Source: Azolla caroliniana (Eukaryota > Plantae > Polypodiophyta). Taken from it: 64,000 bases of DNA. Positions within the stretch are counted from its first letter, which is position 1, and every line of letters begins with the position of its first letter. Positions 28,475-40,862 of the stretch are shown piece after piece. The stretch lies in assembly GCA_043228905.1 (NCBI GenBank), contig JBHGNT010000005.1, positions 19,654,001 through 19,718,000 on the forward strand, read 5' to 3'. A program made the translations under genes and the position numbers. Under the pieces are notes generated by a model. That model did not search any database, was not told the origin of the DNA, and saw only the letters and a list, made by a program, of their open reading frames with translations.

Positions 28475-29744
28475 ACGCTATAGCCGGATCAATGTCCAGA
28501 TCGTACTCTAGAATAGTGTGAACCGGTTGGCCGTTAGAGGCCTATAGTCTAAGCCTAGTATGTATGCATATTCCTTGGAGTTAGTGTAGAGGCTCATTTA
28601 TGAGCATCCAAGTACTTATGGTATTTGTGTGAGTCCATGTAAGAACTTGTATAAAAGTGCTCTTTGAGCATATTCTATGTACAGAGTATTATTTTGAAAT
28701 CAAGTTTGGTTCTGCTCTCTCTCTCTCTCCCACGTATGTGTGTTAAGGTTTCCATTAAACCTTCATCTTTGCTTTCAGTTGTTCTTTTGTTATCCGGCTG
28801 CGCTGACTTGTCTACGCTTACATGCTATCGTTTACATATATTCTATCATATATACATTCCAGAATATTCTATGGTGTATTCTAGACAAGTATATTCTAAA
28901 GATATTTGTTAGGTATATTCTAGAGATATTTGTCAGGTATATTCTAGAGATACTCAATCTCAAAACTTGTATAAATACTTGTAACCTCCTTGGTCCCTTT
29001 CAAGGGATTCAACACCAGTCATTGACACATCAATCTAGTATTCTCGTTGCATGCCATATTGTCTCAGTGATCCTCATATTTGTCTTCATGCTCTCCAGTT
29101 AATCTTACATTCCTATGTTCATAGTCTTATCGCTCATAACTTCTAGAGTTCCTAGCCTCGTCATTTCAAGTTCCACTTATCGGTTGTAGCCTTGTCATCC
29201 ATGTTCCATCATAGTCCATGGTTAGTGTGTCCGTGATAGGAAGCCTGATCGTGGCCCAAGACCGGAAAATCAACACACTCTGCCTAATGCATGCCCGGAT
29301 ATGCCGGGAGGAAGTGAACATAGCGACCGACACTGCCGGTGAGCTGTGATACAAAAAACTGTGTCACATGAGCCAAAAGGGGATGTGGAGACTAGCCGAA
29401 GATAACCTCATTCCGGAGGTGAAAGAAGTGCAACTTGAGAAGTGCACCGGTTGCATGGCTGGCAAGCAGAACTGAACTTCTTTGCGGTCAAGACTGCTAG
29501 AACTTGTGCATACCGACGTATGCTCAATGGACACAAAGTTACATGTTGGCTCGCACTACTTCATGACGTTCATAGATGACCACATCCAGAAGCTATGGGT
29601 ATCCACGTTGAAGACAAAGGACGAGGTATTGTATATTTTCAAACAATTTCATGCGAGAGTCGAGAGGGAAACCGGTCGGAAGTTGATTGTGGTTCGAGCT
29701 AACAACGGAGGTGAATATCGGGGGCAGTTCAATGAGTATTGCCG

Positions 29745-32700
29745 GTCTAGATAGACATATGTGGCTAAATCGCCAGATGTGGCTAAGTGCCTGAACCGGT
29801 TGGTGAAGAAACTCAAACCATTTGACCATAGAACCGGAAACCGGATGGAGCCAGCAATTGGTGACCGGATGCATTTGGCAACCGGCCACGGAACTAGTGA
29901 CCGGCGATCTGGCAACCGGCAACATCCGATGAACCAGCGTCATCCGGTGACCGGATAGATATATAAATAAATATATGTATACACAAGGAGTGCAAGTGTG
30001 GATTTGAACCTTGCACCTCTAAGTTGAGAGTCTATAAGCTTACCACTAAGCCAAGACATTTTCTTAAAATAATATTTTTATCATTGTAACTTTACATGTA
30101 AATTCTTATACATGAGAGCTAAAATGAGTGACGTGGTTATCATGCACCACATGTAATACATGAGCGCCAAATGGCAAACATGCATTTCATGCATGTCTTG
30201 AACCCTCAAATGCATGAGGGCATCTATAAAAGAGGGGATGAAAAAGATCAAAGGGGTTTTTTTTTTTGCGAATGTAAAATTCTTATCAAGAGCTTTGTAC
30301 TTTATATCAAAATTAATATTAAGAAGAAAATTCGTTATCCTTTTGATGATATACCTTCTTCTTCAAATCTAAAGTCAAGAGTTCAATCTTAATCTCTCTC
30401 TCAATCTAAAATCAAGCGTTCTATCTTATCTCAATCTCTCTCTCTTTCAATCTATCTTAAATCCTTTCTCGCTAAAGCTAACGCTAACTTCGAGTCCTTC
30501 CGGTCCAGAACCCCGGTGGTTCTGCCTCACGATCCGCGCGTAGTGACGGATCTTCACGACATAATTAAGTGGTCAACCCGACATGAAAGAGGTGGTAGGA
30601 AGGATCAAATCGAGGATCGATCGATACTTGGAGATGGCGTCCTCAAGCAATCAAGCGGGAGAGTTCGAAAGGATGATGTTGAATGTCAAACAAATGATGA
30701 GATCTCGAGACAACAATGCGAGAGTGGGAAAGGTTGTCGACCGTGTCGTTGAGCTCGAGGGTCAATTTGATGAAAGGAACATTACGGAGTTCCTTGATGC
30801 ATACAGAAGGGAGATGAATCAGAGGGACGTGTCCGAAGCACGTCAAATCACAAGTTTCAAGAGAGTGGTCGCCAACAACATCCAAAGGCGCGTCGTCGAG
30901 CTTCAAGAAGGGAAGACAACATGGTCCGGGTTCGAGAAAGCGATACTAGCGGAGTTCGCAACGGAAGATTTGTCGAGGATGACTCGACATGCTTTGATGA
31001 AGTGGATAGGAAAGAAAAATAAGAAGATGAGCGCCTCGAGGGTGTACGACGAGTTCAACCAAATGTTTAGTCGTCTCCCCAACATGGACCAAGTGTTGCC
31101 TGAGGAGGACAAGACTTTGTACTTCTTGAAAGTCATGGACATGAAGGATAGACGAGAGTTGGGGACTCTCCTTGAAGATGATACCCAAGCAAACGGCCTT
31201 GTGGTGGATTAGGTTGCGGTGAAGCAAGCATGGAACAAGATCGTCAGGCGTCATCGATGGCTCCATGATATTGACTTGGTAAGACCAAGCGTAGAAAAAG
31301 CAAAACCATCTAAAGAAGTCGAGACGCCTAAACAACGCATCCAACATGAAAAGAAGATTGATGATGACTCGAGGACGATGACGGCCATTTCAAAGGAGGT
31401 CGAATGTTTCGGAACATGCGTCGAGTTTGAAACATCGGATGATGGAACAAGCCAAATCGAAGCTTGCATCAATGGAGATAAAGAGAGAGAGGCTAGTGTA
31501 ATTGAGGATCTAGCTGCTAATGATGACATCGAGGAGGAGACTTTAAACAAGATAACAAGCGTCGATAACGACCATGGCCGGATTTTCCCCACACATGCTC
31601 TAGAGACTTGGGTAGTTGCGTCAAAGAACCAACGTGAGACCCAAGAGACGGAAGGTGTTGGCGAGGAGCTGAAGGTCGAAAAGAATACATGCGATGAAGA
31701 GAGAAGGATAATCGAAGCTTGCTCGATCAAGAGGGTCAATGGGTGCGAGGCCCATGAGATTGAAGAGATAGCCACGAAAAATGACATCGAGTCGGAGATG
31801 GCTATGAACGAGCCGATGGCGGATGTTCATGTGGAGACTTTCCTAACACTTCATCTAGAGACTTGGGCAGTTGCGTCCGAGAACCAACGTGAAACCCAAT
31901 AGACGGATGGTGGCGAAAAGGAAAAGAAGGACCAAGATAATATTGCCAATGACGACGGCCAAATTTTCTCCGCATTTGTTCCAGAGACTTGGGAAATTGT
32001 GTCCGAGAACCGATGTAAGACCCAAGAGACGGAAGGTGGCGGTTGGAAATCGAAGGACCAAAACGAAGATGAGGAGGATGGCCACAGACAAATGAATCCC
32101 TCCACACCAGTTCTGGAGACTTCGGCAGTTGTGCCCGAGAGCGAACATAAGACTGGAGAGATGGAAGGTGGCAGCGAGGAGATGAGAGTCGAAGCCAGCG
32201 CATACGGAGGAATGGCGGCCAACAAGGACGCCAAAAACAAAGCTACAATAGAGTTCGATGAAGAGCTAGTAGTGGCAAGAAAGGAAGAATTGGAATACAA
32301 TCCGGATGGAAGATGACGCAGTTGGTATTCCGACCCGAATGGAAGCCGACCGGAACAAGAGTTGATCAATCGGGCCCGACCCAACCGAAAACCAGATGTA
32401 AACTGACCCAGTCAAAAGTCGATCGTCTGAGTCCAATTCGGCCGAATGTGAATCCGGATGAAGGCCGACCAAGCCAAAAGCTGATTGGTCAAGACAGATA
32501 GAAGTTGAACCGACCTAGACGTAGGTCAAAGCAAACGAACCGCGACACTCGGTCGAGGCTAGTGAGCATAAGGAAAGGCAAGCATGAGACGAGAAATGAT
32601 GATAAAGGAAAGTTAGGTGACCAAGGAGATGGCCGAGATGAAGGTGGAACATTCATGAGACTTAAACGATTATCCTCAAGAACAGAGCAAGGGGCCATGA

Positions 32701-33993
32701 CAACAAGTCATGGTAAAGCAAAGAAAAATCGAATGATATGGTGGATTGGGTGGCAACAATGATTCGAGTACAAAAGAACAGACATGCTCGACGTTGAGGA
32801 GTCATGCTGATCTCCATTTCCGAAATCTCACATTCTCTCTTCTTGGCACGTACCGGAGGACGTGCGGTTTGGTGTGGGTGGATGTCATGAAGATTTTCAG
32901 CAATGGTGTGAAAATCGCATAAAACATACGAAATCGAGTATGAATCATATAAAAACAATAATAGTGAAAATACTATTTTTAATATTTTTAATATCTTAGT
33001 ACAAAAAGATGGAGGTCTGCACGAGCTTTCGAATGCACCTTACTACATAAGAAACGAACAACTAAGTCTCAAGTTATGTGGGTAGGAAGTTTGCAAAGGA
33101 AAAGAGAAAAATAAAAACTATGAAATATCCCACATAGAAAGGAAAGTTTAGGCCCAGCTATATAAGCAGATTGAGATCCATCGTAATTCATCTATGTGTT
33201 AAGAGCACATAAGAAACAGTTGGACTTGAGCCACTTTTGTCTAGATGGACATATGTGGCTAAATCATCGGATGTGGCTAAGTGCTTGAACCAGTTGGTGA
33301 AGAAACTCAAACCATCTGATGATAGAACCGGAAACCGACGGTAACCGAGGACATCCGGTGAAAAGATAGATATATAAATAAATAAATATATGTATGTATA
33401 CACATATATATATACACAAGGAGTGCAAGTGTGGATTTGAACCTTGCACCTCTAAGTTGAGAGTCTATAAGCTTACCACTAAGCCAAGACATTTTCTTAA
33501 AATAATATTTTTATCATTGTAATTTTACATGTAAATTCTCATACATGAGAGCTAAAATGAGTGACGTGGTTATCATGCACCACATGTAATACATGAGCGC
33601 CAAATGGCAAACATGCATTTCATGCATGTCTTGAACCCTCAAATGCATGAGGGCATCTATAAAAGAGGGGATGAAGAAGATCAAAGGGGTTTTTCTTTTT
33701 GCGAATGTAAAATTCTTATCAAGAGCTTTGTACTTTATATCAAAATTAATATTAAGAAGAAAATTCGTTATCCTTTTGATGATATACCTTCTTCTTCAAA
33801 TCTAAAGTCAAGAGTTCAATCTTAATCTCTCTCTCAATCTAAAATCAAGCGTTCTATCTTATCTCAATCTCTTCTCTTTCAATCTATCTTAAATCCTTTC
33901 TCGCTAAAGCTAACGCTAACTTCGAGTCCTTCCGGTCCAGAACCCCGGTGGTTCCGCCTCACAATCCGTACGTAGTGACGGATCTTCACGACA
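29745..33993 (+). mobile_element. Non-autonomous gag-only derivative of the Trp-primed Ty3 clade
   Basis: 5' LTR (5'-truncated) 29745..30561; PBS-Trp-like tggtcaacccgacatgaa ~30570..30587; PPT ggtgtgggtgga; 3' LTR 32883..33993 (TGTCATGAAGA...TCTTCACGACA). No pol motifs. Confidence 0.9.
30583..32316 (+). pseudogene. gag: Gag N-terminal domain fused to an acidic repetitive tail; one frame with two premature stops
   Basis: ORFs 30583, 31219 and 31999 share a frame. Stops at 31210 (TGG>TAG, equals W of TDWAAV) and 31900. Gag homology: GQFDERNITEFLDAY...LLEDDTQANGLVVD. Confidence 0.8.
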
Positions 33994-36359
33994 CCGAAAG
34001 GCAGATGTTAACCGAAGACCATAGTGAACCGGCCAAACTCGGACAAAGAACCAAACCAACCAAGGGAGGATCAAACACCGAAACCGAACAAGACCCCGAA
34101 TTGGAATAGGATAAAGAACTGGATAAAGAACCGACTGAAGAATCGGTGGCCGAAAACCAAGGAAGGAGATACCCTCTTAGAGAGAGAAAGGCCCGTCGGA
34201 GATTTCCGAATGAAGAGAGAGTACTACTAACCGATGAGGGGGAGCCGGAAAGCTTTGAGGAAGCAAAGAGGGATACCCATAGCTGCAAGTGGTTAAGTGC
34301 CATGCAGAATGAGATGGATTCCCTACATGAGAACCACACATTTGAACTTACGGAGCTGCCAAAGGGAAAGAGAGCACTCCTGAACAAGTGGGTGTACAAG
34401 CTGAAATCGGGAGACGCCGGAAATCCACTGAAGTACAAAGCTCGCATTGTGGTGAAGGGCTTCTAGCAGAAGAAAGGATTGGATTTCGATAAGATCTTTG
34501 CCTCGGTGTTGAGCATAGCGGCAAACATGGACCTCAAGATTGAACAACTAGATGTAAAGACCGCATTCTTGCACGGTGACCACAAGGAGGAGATCTACAT
34601 GTAGCAACTGGAAGGATTCATCAATAAAGGGAAGGAGAACCTGGTATGCCGGTTGAAGAAGAGCTTATCCGAATTGAAGCAAGCTCCCCGGCAATGGTAC
34701 TGGAAATTCAACTCCATGACTGACCAGGGATACCACAAGACGCAAGCTGACCACTGTGGGTTTGCGAAGAAGTTTGATGGAGGAGACTTCTTGATACTCT
34801 TGTTGTATGTGGACGACATGTTAATCATTGGACGGGATCGAATCAAAATCGGGATGCTAAAGAAGGCCTTGAACCAGCCTTGAACCGGACCTTCTTGATG
34901 AAAGGTTTGGGTCCGGCGAGACAGATATTGGGGATGTACATAGTCTGGGACTGGACGAAGAAGCTATTGTGGTTGTCACAGGAGAAGTATGTGACGAAGG
35001 TGCTCCAAAGGTTCAGCATGACGGATGCGAAGTCAGTCGGGTCAACACTTCTGGCAAACTGCAAGGTGTACGAGAAACAAAGCCCAAAGACAAAGACAGA
35101 GAAGTCGGAGATGATGAAGGAACCATATGTCTCTGCCGTCGGAAGCTTGATGTACACAATGGTGTGTACCCAGCCAGACATTGAATATGCAGTCGAAATG
35201 GTCAGCCGGAACATGAGCAATCCGAGAAGAGAGCATTGGACCACCATCAAGTGGATTCTCCGATACCTGAAAAGAATCTCGAGTATGTGCCTCCGATTCA
35301 GCCTCGGAAAACCCCCTATTGGAAGGCTTCGCTGATTCAGATATGTCAACTAATGCAGATACCAGTCGGTCCACGTCTGAATAAGTCATGACCCATGTGG
35401 GGGGGGGGCGGGCAAAATCGTGTAGTCGAGCCTACAAAAATCCATAGCACTCTCGATAATAGAAGTACAGTACATGGCGGTCGTGGAAGCCGACAAAGAG
35501 CTAATCTGGATGAAGGACTTCATTGGGGAGTTAGGGGTCCGGCAAGAGGATTTTTGGCTCTACTGCGATAGTCAAAGTGCCATCTACCTTGCAAGGAACA
35601 CGGCCAACCACTCCCGGACTAAGCACATCCAGAGGAGATATCACTAGCTTCAGGAAAATGTAGAAGACAAAGAATTTGTTCTGACAAAGATCCACACGAA
35701 GGAGAACAGGTGGGTCGGGACTAGGACATGTTGGCCAAGGTGCTGTCAGCCAACAAGCTAGACATGTGCCAATGTCGGAGATGGATCAGACTGACGAGAC
35801 ATCCCATGTCGGAGTGAAGGGGGAGTTTGTTGGGAAACCGGTCCCTTCGGATGGGATCTAGATGAGAACCGGACAAGCCAGATCAGACTAGTCAAAGAAG
35901 GAAACCAGATCGGATGGATCCGGAACATATCCGGCCAAATCCGGTGTGAACAAGAAGTAGGGACATATTAGTAAATATATTCCGATGTGGCAGTTGAGTT
36001 CATATTTGTAAATGGATCCAAAGTTATATAAGTATAAATATAACTAGGCCAATAACTATAATGTATTATTGTGTGTTGTATAGTGAGTGAGAGAGAGAGA
36101 GATGTTGCTTCTGTTATAACCGCCTGTTGGTGAAGTCACAGAGCTCGAGGTCATTGCCTCTGAGTCCCACATTGTTGTACCTCTCCTCTATAGTGATTTT
36201 GTTCGGAGTCTATGAACTTTCGTGGTTTTGCCTCTCGAGGTTTTCCACGCTAATATTTGTTGTCGTCTCTTTTATCTCATGAAGTGCATTGTCACTTTCT
36301 ATTTAATCTTCCATTTGTATTGTGATGCTTAGTCGTGGCCGAGTACGATTCTCATTAGC

Positions 36360-37281
36360 TTTTTCTTCTTCCATCTCCTCATCTTTCGTGGTCTCTTGGT
36401 GTGCTGTCTCCTTTCATATCGGTTGCCCTTGCTCTCTTTCATGTCTTTGCAGCTTTATTTTAATGGGCTTTGCTGGCCTTTCTCGTTCCTCCCTATTGGG
36501 CTCCTGAATAGGTTCTACCTGGCGGGAAACCTCTCGTGTCCATCCAAGAGTATGTCGTGCTAGTAGATGCTATCATTTTGATGGTTGACTTGGCGTTGTC
36601 TATGCGTTTGCCCGTTTCTTCGGCTTATGGGCACGTGTTGGTGGCGCTAGCACAATGAGCCACTGTGCCACTCAGGTCCAAGCTTTCTTTCAGTCAACCA
36701 GAGTTGCGATCGCTGTCCCGAGTGAGTTTGCCACGATTAAGGGTCAATCCACCATTAAGCCTTCAAATGTCGCTATAATAAAGCCAACCCTATTCTTTGG
36801 CATGGGGAGTGGTCGGGGATGGACAAATCCATATTCGAGCAATGGCTAAGCCATCTCCCAGAACAAGGGGTTCTCATCCCTGTGTGTTCAGTATGCCTTG
36901 CTAGCGATCGAAAATTCACCAAAATAATATGTCAGTATTTTTGTAGTGGGGTTTCAATCAAGTGTAGGCCGCCGGATGGTAGATCAATCGTTGCCTGCAC
37001 CGTGACTTTGGAGATGCCTTCAGTGTTGATGGTCGTGGCAACTTTCTCTAGTTTCATGTGTGGCGGTGCCTTAGCTACCCAGATGAAACCCTCGAGCCCA
37101 TGCTTGGTGAGCCAGTCTTTTGCTTCTATGGAGAGTGCCATTGGTTCTCTGGTTTCTGTGTCGAGGTCGGTTCTAACGTTGATCATCCGTGTTTTTTTGG
37201 AGTTTTGCACGCTCTGTGCTCCTGCGATCATCTTATCGCAAAATGAGACTCCTTCGTTCTTCTAGAAATTTGTATCCCCAT
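36360..37281 (-). pseudogene. Putative extra 3' ORF of the Athila/Tat-like remnant, unknown function
   Basis: Sense-strand coding-like stretch (36932..37231 ORF) after the integrase stop and an AT-rich spacer; position typical of 3' extra ORFs. Confidence 0.4.
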
Positions 37282-39583
37282 TTTCCTCATTCACGTTGTG
37301 TATCATTATAGCATGATTATGATGTGTGGTGCTCCTTAAATGTGGCTGACGTCTTTCCACTTGCCCTTTCATTATTACCATTCAAAATCTCGAATATCTT
37401 TCTTTCTTTCTTTCATTTCCTTTTCTTTTTCCCCATACTATTATTGTTATGATTACTACTATTACTACTATAATTGTTTTCGTACGTCGGAATACGACAT
37501 TTTTCTATCCTTTCGTACCGGGTGTCGGTACTTCCCCGACCCATGTTAGTCCTGTCGGATTGTCGGCTTCGTTGTTGATAGCCTCTACTTGACCTCCGGT
37601 TACCACCTCTGCTATTACTAGTTCCTTGTTCTCCTCCGATGCCTTGAATGGGTTTGTCAACATTGGTCCCATGTATGGTTTGAGCCAGAACCCATTCACC
37701 CATTTCTCAAGTAGCTCTCCGACTAATGTTCCGAGCTGGTAGGATCCTTTAAATTCTCTTGTTATCTAGTATGGTCCTGTCCACCAGAGCTAGAGCTTCC
37801 CCGGCATGCTCCTTATCCGGGTCTAAAACACTAGCACTGGTTTTCTGATTCCAAATTCCTTCTCATTTCCCTTCCGGTGTCGGTCGATGAACGCCTTCCA
37901 TCGACATTGTTCTAGTTCCAATTGCATCAAGCTTAATATCCAGTGTTCTTCAAGATCACAGAGTGTTTCCAACCGGATTTGTTCCAAATCCAGCTCGCTC
38001 AACCATTCACGTACTTGTAAGCGCAGACTAGGAATCTAGAATTCCATTGGCATAACTGCTTCTAGGTCGAATGCCTGTCGGAACGGTGTTGATCGGATGC
38101 TCGTCTTGTACGTTGTGCGGTAAGGCCACAGAGCGCTATGCAACTTCGTATCCCAGTCCATCCGATTGTCGTTCATAATTTTCCATAATATATTCTGAAG
38201 TTTCTTATTGGTCAATTTTGCCAATCCGTTTGCTTGTGGGTACCCGGACCTTGGTCTTGCCCCTGCGGAAGTTAATCCCATTCTTTTGGCAATTTTGCTT
38301 TATATGCGCCATCTTTAGCCAAGGTCTTCCTAGCAATAAAGGATACATTCTCGGCACATACAATTGCAACACTACTACCGAAATCCGGAACATGTGTCCT
38401 CCGATCGTGATGTCAAGGTTCCGAATCTGTCTAGTTGGCCATACCGAACTTGTGTCTGCCATTCGTATCCACAATGGGATCGACTCCCATTCCCGGATAC
38501 CCAACGTATCGCAAGTTCTCCGGCTGATCACATTTACTCTGGATCCTCCGTCTATGATGTTATCGGGTACCTCGTTGCCTTTGATAACGACCATCACCGC
38601 CAAAACTATTATCTCATCGTGGTTGCCAAAATTGTGTTTATCCTGGGCCGGACTAGCCACAAACATAGGGTATCCTATCCGGAATACGTATCCAAAGGGG
38701 TGGTTGGGATATGAATGCTTATCCGGTTGAGAAATGTCCTTTCGATGGATGTAAATGTGGATAAACATAATTATGAAAGGGAAATGATATTATTTACCCT
38801 TCAAACTAAGGGAAGGCAAGTTAAGGACATATCATATTCAGGCTCAAATTGGTTTAATGTGGATTTCACAGTATAGGCTACGATATCATCAATGGTTTTG
38901 TGGAATATTTGGATAGATCAATGCAAAAATGTGTTTCAACAAATAAAGTAGAATCTTGTTCATTGTGTGAAGTAAAGTTGGTCGGTGCTTATTTCAATTT
39001 TAAAAGGTCAATATGACTCCTTCATTGGTAATGAAGGTACCATCTTTCTGAAACAACAATCCTTTAAAGGCAAGTGGACGGATTTGTTCATCTTTGTGGA
39101 GAGAAAGGACAAAATGGTTTGGCAATATGTACCCCCTCGATGGTCATTTCCTCCATAGTTGGAGTTTGGTTTCACTTATGACATAGTGGGGGGTATACCT
39201 TTCCTTTGCTATCTTACCCTCCACTAGATTGTATCATTATATGCTTTGTATATGTTTATTGGATTGGTAATGGAAACTATGGTGGAGTTTGGTTTTTAAA
39301 AAAAACTTCCATTTGCTAAATAGCCCTTACGCCTTTAATTGATGCAGACGATGTTGTTAAACACATTTAAGTAATAAAACAAATAAGTAATGATGTCATG
39401 TCACTGGGCATAACATATATAAGCCAATATACTTGTAAAGAGAATGAGATCTACATTTTGGTCTTGTATTGTACTTCTAGAAACATATTGTGGGCTATAA
39501 TTATTTTAGCTTATTGATTCTCAAAGTTTTTTAACTTTGTTAGAAGCTCAATTTGCATTTTCTTTAGTCAATTGTCTTATCCT

Positions 39584-39837
39584 TAGGAATCGGCAACGAT
39601 TCGGTTTCAGTTTAACCGATTTGGCAATGCCAAACCGGTTAAACTTAAACCGATTGGGGGTTTCCAAACCTGAACCGGTTTAGCCAAGTCGATTAAGCCT
39701 TAACCGGCTTGGTAACTAGTTTAGGCTTAACTGGTTTGAGTAATCCCAAATTGAATCGAATTGAACCGAACCGTCAAACTGTTAAAAAACGATTTGGCAG
39801 TTCGGTTAGGCTTGAGCCTAGCCATTGCCGATTCCTA
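39584..39837. mobile_element. hAT-like MITE (254 bp)
   Basis: 13-bp TIR TAGGAATCGGCAA / TTGCCGATTCCTA; degenerate 8-bp TSD CTTATCCT / CTTGTCAT; many AACCG/CGGTT subterminal motifs. Confidence 0.8.
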
Positions 39838-40862
39838 CTTGTCATTAACACTACTACTATAAGTGGCTTTCTTCTGCTTCAAATCAATCTCTAGGCTAAG
39901 TGTCACCTTAGGCAATAAATTAAAACATATCTAAGAAGAAACAATATACAAATTGTGTTGCCAAATCTAATACATACCTCTTATCTCCATCCGAGCTTCT
40001 TCCAAGGCCCTTTTGGTTTAATCACTATACTAACAGCAACAACAAGGAGTTCACATTGATCAATATATTTTGTTTACAAAAATGTTTCGAGGAAAAGAAA
40101 AGGTATGGCTTTGCATTTGAGGTTATTTATTGTATTATGCCTAAACAATTAACAAGATACAAAAGCAATAATATCGAAAGAGGTTATCGTGTAAGAAATG
40201 AAAATAATGTTCACTATCACAATATTTTAATAAAGCCGAATCACAATACGAGTATCTCAACATAGTGGAAACCTTAGATTCTATAATATTGTCTCCACAT
40301 AATCTCAAGATAAATTAGCTTGAGGTAGTGTGCAACCCCTTTGCAAGATGCACATCCATGTTATGGTACTAGTAATCCTAATATCCATCGATATGAGAGG
40401 TTAATGGTATGTTGACTATGTCGTGATCATACTTCTAGGGTAGCCAAGGGGATTAGATTCTTCTATACAGTCTATTCACATTTTGTTTACTTTAATTTGG
40501 TCTATTGATTAGTAAGAGTTTCTTAACACAACCGTTAACACTACACATGTTAGGAGTGTGCATCTTTTCGTTATAGAATTTATAAATTCCTAGCCATGAC
40601 CTTGAGCCTATTTTAAATGTATTTAGGGTTGTGTGTATCACAAACCTATTTGCGCACAAGACGTAGAAGAAAGGTACACTACTTGATGATGTGTTACGGA
40701 GTTTCTCTCCTTTCACAAGCTAGACACAATGCCATATAAAGAACACCCATAAACCTTTTCGGGGGATAAAACTTATCATATCGGAATATGTTTCTCAATT
40801 GATGCCTTTCCATTGTATAAAGGACAACACCACAAATTCTTTTACTCACATGGATTATTATA

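Larger units (their letters stand above)
16864..28836 (+). mobile_element. Ty1/Copia element B, degenerate full length
   Basis: 5' LTR 16864..17265; 3' LTR 27499..28836 (interrupted); TSD TATAT. gag 17338..18098, zinc knuckle/PR/INT 23190..24700, RT (LLYVDDLVI)-RH 25045..26790, PPT agggggag at 27491. Confidence 0.92.
16734..29238. mobile_element. Solo LTR (~0.53 kb; own sequence 16734..16863 and 28842..29238) inserted in Copia A and split by Copia B
   Basis: Inverted termini TGTCACGACAC / GTGTCCGTGATA; 5-bp TSD GGAAG (16729..16733, 29239..29243). Confidence 0.85.
15172..36357 (+). mobile_element. Ty1/Copia element A (Tnt1/Tork-like), degenerate, split by nested insertions
   Basis: 5' LTR truncated (~15172..15551), PBS-Met tggtatcagagc 15555..15566. 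gag-PR 15600..16733, integrase 29244..29744, RT-RH 33994..~35815 (LLLYVDDMLI). PPT gaagggggag, 3' LTR 35828..36357. Confidence 0.88.
14911..38730 (-). mobile_element. Old Athila/Tat-like (non-chromovirus) Ty3/Gypsy remnant hosting the nested cluster; own sequence at 14911..~15170 and 36358..38730
   Basis: A ~77-bp LTR segment is shared between 14911..14987 and 38652..38728. Protease IIDGGSRVNVIS (~38300..38610) is joined directly to the integrase C-terminus YPQANG...WDTKLHSALW.YRT..KT...TPF and WTGPY/NGF.LKPY. gag, RT and RH are deleted. Confidence 0.7.

Noticed and set aside
29990-30060. Functional tRNA gene
   Set aside because: Acceptor and anticodon stems do not pair; reported only as a tRNA-like A/B-box cassette.
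15600-36000. Excess TAG/TGA stops suggesting editing or readthrough
   Set aside because: Consistent with ordinary methylation-driven C>T/G>A decay of silenced TEs.
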